Shown here: positions 26,499 through 30,206 of the stretch, piece by piece
How the letters are laid out: each line of letters starts with the position of its first letter
How positions within the stretch are numbered: the first letter of the stretch is position 1
Origin: Candidatus Pacearchaeota archaeon
Lineage (GTDB): Archaea; Nanobdellota; Nanobdellia; Pacearchaeales; GW2011-AR1
Reading direction: 5' to 3'
DNA: 30,206 bases
NCBI GenBank assembly: GCA_050303855.1
Contig: JBNLCO010000010.1
Coordinates: forward strand, 1 to 30,206
Notes under the pieces: model-generated
What the model was told of the DNA's origin: nothing
Database searches by the model: none
The model's input: the letters and a program-made list of their open reading frames with translations, nothing else
Translations under genes and position numbers: made by a program

Positions 26499-28390
26499 AC
26501 TTATAATAATGAATATTTTCATTTATGAAAATTTCTCAGACTATACTACTATTTATACTGATAGAAGGATAGCTTGGTTTTGGTTATGATGAAGGACGTG
26601 GCAAGCTGCGATAAGCTTGGGGGAGTTGCATGCAGACTTTAATCCCAAGATCTCCGAATCACGCAGAGATGCGAAAGTACGCCGGGAATTGAAACATCTT
26701 AGTACCGGCAGGAAGAGAAAATAAATAATGATTCCCTTACTAGCAGCGAGCGAAAAGGGAAGAGGGCAAACTGAATCTCCTTTTGAAAGGAAGGCAGAGA
26801 TGTGGTGAAGGTAAATGGCTAAGTCAACGAGTCAAAGTCAACTGGAAAGTTGTACCATAGAGGGTGATAGTCCCGTAGATTAAGTTGATATGTTGTTCTT
26901 CAAAGAGTAGGGCGTCTTGAATTAGGCGTCTGAATATGGCAGGATTAACTGCTAACCCTAAATAAAACCAAAGTCCGATAGCGCACAAGTACCGCGAGGG
27001 AAAGCTGAAAAGAACTCTTAACAGAGTGTGAAAAGATTTGAAATCTATCAGTTACAGTTGGCTACTGACTCGGCTATGCAAATAGCAGGTTTGTAGCGTA
27101 CGTTTTGAAAAACGGGCCAAGGAGTTTATCTATGTGGCAAGGCTAATCTATTATGTAGAGTAACCGAAGCGAAAGCAAGTATGAAAATGCGCTAGTCACA
27201 TGGATCAGACCTGAAGCGAGGTGATCTATCTATGAGCAGGATGAAGTCTTTCGAAAGGAGGATGGAGGTCCGAACCGGTGTTATGGACATGTACTCGGAT
27301 GACTTGTGGATAGGGGTGAAAAGCCAATCTAACTTCGCGATGGCTGGTTCCTGTTGAAATATGCCTCCGTATAGTCTTGTCTTGTTTGTTAGCGGTGTAA
27401 AGCTACGGATAGAGTTTGCAGGGTCAATCGATTACGGAACTCTTTTCAACTCAGAAGCTGCTAATTGCATAAGACAGGAAACAGGGTCGGTATGTAAGAT
27501 ACCGTTCCGAGACCTAAACAAAGGAGACTAGAGTTAAGGTCCCAAAATTCATGCTAAGTGTACCAAAAGTCGTCTCGAACCTGAGACACTGGGGATGTAG
27601 GCCCAGAAGCAGCCATCATTTAAAGAAAGCGTAACAGCTCACCCATTGAGGTTCAGGGCACTGAAAATGGACGGGGCTAAGCATGATACCGATACTTTAG
27701 CGGCACTCAGTAGAGTGTTCGGGTAAGCAGGCGTGGTTTCTGCGCAGAAAGTTCTTCGAGAGAAGGGCTGGAGCGGAAACTAATGAGAATCTTGGTAATA
27801 GTAGGATGTGATTATTCTGAGAATGAATAACGTCGAAAGGGCAAGGTTTCCTTAGCAATATATGTTAGCTAAGGGTTAGTCAGTAACCTAAGTTGTACCT
27901 TAACTGCGTATGACGATGGACATCAGGTTAATATTCCTGGACTAATTGAATCTTATATAGTGTATTCCGCTTTCGGATAGGCGAGCACCTGAAAGGGTGT
28001 TTTGGCAAAGAAAACTGTTGAGGGTAATCCTAAGATGCAGAAGAATTTGTTGGACAAAATCGCTGAGTCCAGGAGCCAGTGAAAAAAATATACTCTTGGT
28101 TCAATTATCTGTACCCACAACCGGCACTGGTGCCCAGGCTTAGTAGGCCAAGACGTGAAGGGAAAAACCGTTTGAGGGAATTCGGCATGTTAGCCCTGTA
28201 TCTTCGGATGAAGGGGTGTCTATCTTTGTGCGCTTAGTAATTTGTGTGCATTGGTAGATCTCAGTAACAAGGACGGCCCGACTGTTTACCAAAAACGTAG
28301 CCAAGTGCTAATCAGAAATGACGTGTATACTTGGTGAGACCTGCCCAGTGGTGGTGTCTTAAACTCCTTTTCAAGGGAGCTAAGGTCCAT

Positions 28391-28425
<35 letters not shown>

Positions 28426-29164
28426 AATTACGTTGCCTTACGGATTGTAGAAATATAATACGCTCCGAGAGTTATAGTAAAACGGTCAAAGAATTAAACC
28501 AAATGGAGAAAATCGAACTATATGCTGGAAAACCCGAGTATATCACTCTACGACGATAACTAATTTATTTATAGTTAGTTCGCGTGAAAATGAGATGATT
28601 GCGGATAATCAGCAGGAAAGACTAAATCCTTTATGGATTTCAGGTTTTACCGATGGTGAAGGATGCTTCCATGTATCCATAAACCAAATTCATAAAATGA
28701 GTTTAGGATGGCAAGTTCTTCCTGAATTTAGAATTGTTCAACATGAAAAAGATGAATCTGTTTTAGAAAAGATCAAAAATTATTTTGGTTTTGGAAATGT
28801 TAAAATTAACAGAACAGATAAACATGGAACAAGAAAAGAATTCAGAGCTAGAGGATTAGAAAATTTGAATAAAATTGTAGAATTTTTTAAAGAATACCCT
28901 CTTGAAACTTCGAAGAAAAATGATTTCAAAATCTTTTCTGAAGTTATAGAATTGATGAATAATAAAGAACATTTATCAAAAGAAGGACTAGATAAAATCG
29001 CCAAGCTAATTTCTCAAATGAATCGTAAACCAAATTTAAAGTATTTAGAATCCTCAGAGACTACACGTTCGACACTTCGAAAGGAGTGAAGATATAGTCC
29101 GACCTTTATAGCGATATAAAGAATTGTGTTTTGCTCTTTTAGATAAACACAGATTAACATAATG
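28426..29164 (+). mobile_element. 23S rRNA intron (probably archaeal BHB type) inserted between ...cttaaggta and gcgtaatgccttgtc (E. coli about 1932/1933, H69-H71 junction); boundaries +/- a few nt
   Basis: Exon1 + exon2 join to cttaaggta|gcgtaatgccttgtcatctgaatggtgacgcgcatgaatgg, which matches the universal CCTAAGGTAGCGAAATTCCTTGTCGGGTAAGTTCCGACCTGCACGAATGG with compensatory changes in the hairpin; the intervening 739 nt contains a LAGLIDADG ORF. Confidence 0.7.
28595..29089 (+). CDS. LAGLIDADG homing endonuclease, single-motif (homodimer-type), intron-encoded
   Basis: 164 aa; LNPLWISGFTDGEGCFHV = LAGLIDADG motif (GFxDGEG); basic C-terminal region; located wholly inside the 23S intron. Confidence 0.8.
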   Translation: MIADNQQERLNPLWISGFTDGEGCFHVSINQIHKMSLGWQVLPEFRIVQHEKDESVLEKIKNYFGFGNVKINRTDKHGTRKEFRARGLENLNKIVEFFKEYPLETSKKNDFKIFSEVIELMNNKEHLSKEGLDKIAKLISQMNRKPNLKYLESSETTRSTLRKE

Positions 29165-30130
29165 AGCGTAATGCCTTGTCATCTGAATGGTGACGCGCAT
29201 GAATGGTTTAACGAGGTTGTCGCTGTCCCCAAATGGAGCCCTCTGAAAATATTTTCCGGTGCACAGACCGGAGACGCCTAGTGGGAAGTGAAGACCTTGT
29301 GGAACTTTACTGCAACTTGTTGTTGTGAAATTAATCGAAACGCATAGCATAAGTAGGAGCGTCGAAGCAGTCATTTCGGTGGCTGTGGAGCGAAAGTGTA
29401 ATACTACTCATTTTGTTTAGTTTTGCTTACTGTTTACAGGACAGCAGCAGGCGGGCAGTTTGACTGGGGCGGTGCCCAGCCGAAAAGATATCGGTTGGAC
29501 CCAAAGACAAGCTCATCCGGCTTGGAAATCCGGAGATGAGTGCGAGGGCAAAAGCTTGTCTGACTGTGTTTCGAAAAGTAAGAAACGCAGGTACGAAAGT
29601 AGGGCCTAGTGAACCCACGTGCTTTTTTAATAGAAGCCGTGTCTGATAGAAAAGTTACCCCAAGGATAATAAGCTGGTCGCTCCCGATAGTCCACATTGA
29701 CGGAGCGGTTTGGTATTTCGCTGTCGGCTCTCCCTAACCTGCGCGTGCAGCAGCGTGCAAGGGTGTCGGAGTTCACGCATTAAAAGGGATCGTTAGCTGG
29801 GTTAAGAACGTCGCGAGACAGTTTGTATAATATCTACTAGGTGTGTTGTTGTCTGAGTGGAACAATCTTTTAGTACGAGAGGAACGGAGGTTGGGTGCCT
29901 CTAGTGAGCAGTTGTCATTTGGCAGGCTGCATAGCCACGCACTACTTGGATAAGAGCTGAATGCATCTAAGCTCGAAGCCAATCGCAAAACGAGACAACA
30001 AAGGCCGTTGAAGAAGACAACGTTGATAGAGCTATTGTGTAAGATTCAAGCTTCGGCGAGAATTTCAGCATATAGCAACTAATAGCCTCATTTGTATATT
30101 CTTGAGAAGTTTTTAGAAAAGCGTCATTAG

Positions 30131-30149
30131 GGGATTCTGCTACTTATTT
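30131..30149. repeat. 23S processing-stem arm (gggattctgctacttattt), partner of 26480-26498
   Basis: 19/19 bp reverse complement. Confidence 0.7.
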
Positions 30150-30206
30150 ATTGTAACATTTTTTAGGATAATTTTTAAAAACATTTTATTCATTTATTTA
30201 TTATGA

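Noticed and set aside
28503-28560. Mini-ORF MEKIELYAGKPEYITLRR upstream of the homing-endonuclease gene within the intron
   Set aside because: Too short, no LAGLIDADG-like motif; probably not a lost first half of a two-motif enzyme. The function of the intron 5' region, probably structural, is unclear.
28780-29988. Minus-strand ORFs 28780-29004, 29054-29374, 29427-29618, 29434-29697 and 29773-29988
   Set aside because: Antisense to the LAGLIDADG gene or inside 23S rRNA.

Overview
This is a low-GC (about one third GC) archaeal chromosomal segment. The gene content points to a DPANN-like or small-genome archaeon. The content is clearly archaeal (proteasome alpha/beta, exosome Rrp4/Rrp41/Rrp42, RpoK, Sdo1/SBDS, Pop5, aCPSF1/FttA, Mre11-Rad50), as is the 16S 5' end (attccagttgatcctgc). 

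Left third, mostly minus strand: aCPSF1/FttA, proteasome beta, a stand-alone C39-like cysteine peptidase, oligoendopeptidase F (plus strand) and a transglutaminase-like protein. Then come a short Rad50 with Mre11 (no adjacent HerA/NurA), an RNase J-like beta-CASP nuclease in an operon with a tail-anchored low-complexity protein and a HemK/Mtq2-type methyltransferase, and msrB/kinase-like/msrA. 

Middle, plus strand: a fused conserved neighbourhood of Pop5, psmA, two small unknown ORFs, sdo1, rrp4, rrp41, rrp42, then rpoK, a short divergent enolase and rps2. This is the exosome/proteasome superoperon joined to the rpoK-eno-rps2 block. It is followed by a stand-alone LigD 3'-phosphoesterase domain gene and a YceI-like protein. 

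Right third: an rRNA operon, 16S (about 1442 nt, short) - tRNA-Ala(UGC) - 23S. The 16S-23S spacer is unusually long (about 1.1 kb) and holds two Shine-Dalgarno-preceded ORFs (100 and 83 aa). Each ORF is followed by the same 15-nt motif and a hairpin. The 23S carries an intron of about 740 nt in the H69-H71 region encoding a single-motif LAGLIDADG homing endonuclease, and is flanked by a perfect 19-bp processing-stem inverted repeat. 

The most unusual element is the protein-coding-looking pair inside the rRNA spacer. Everything here comes from reading the sequence by eye; no database searches or folding runs were possible.
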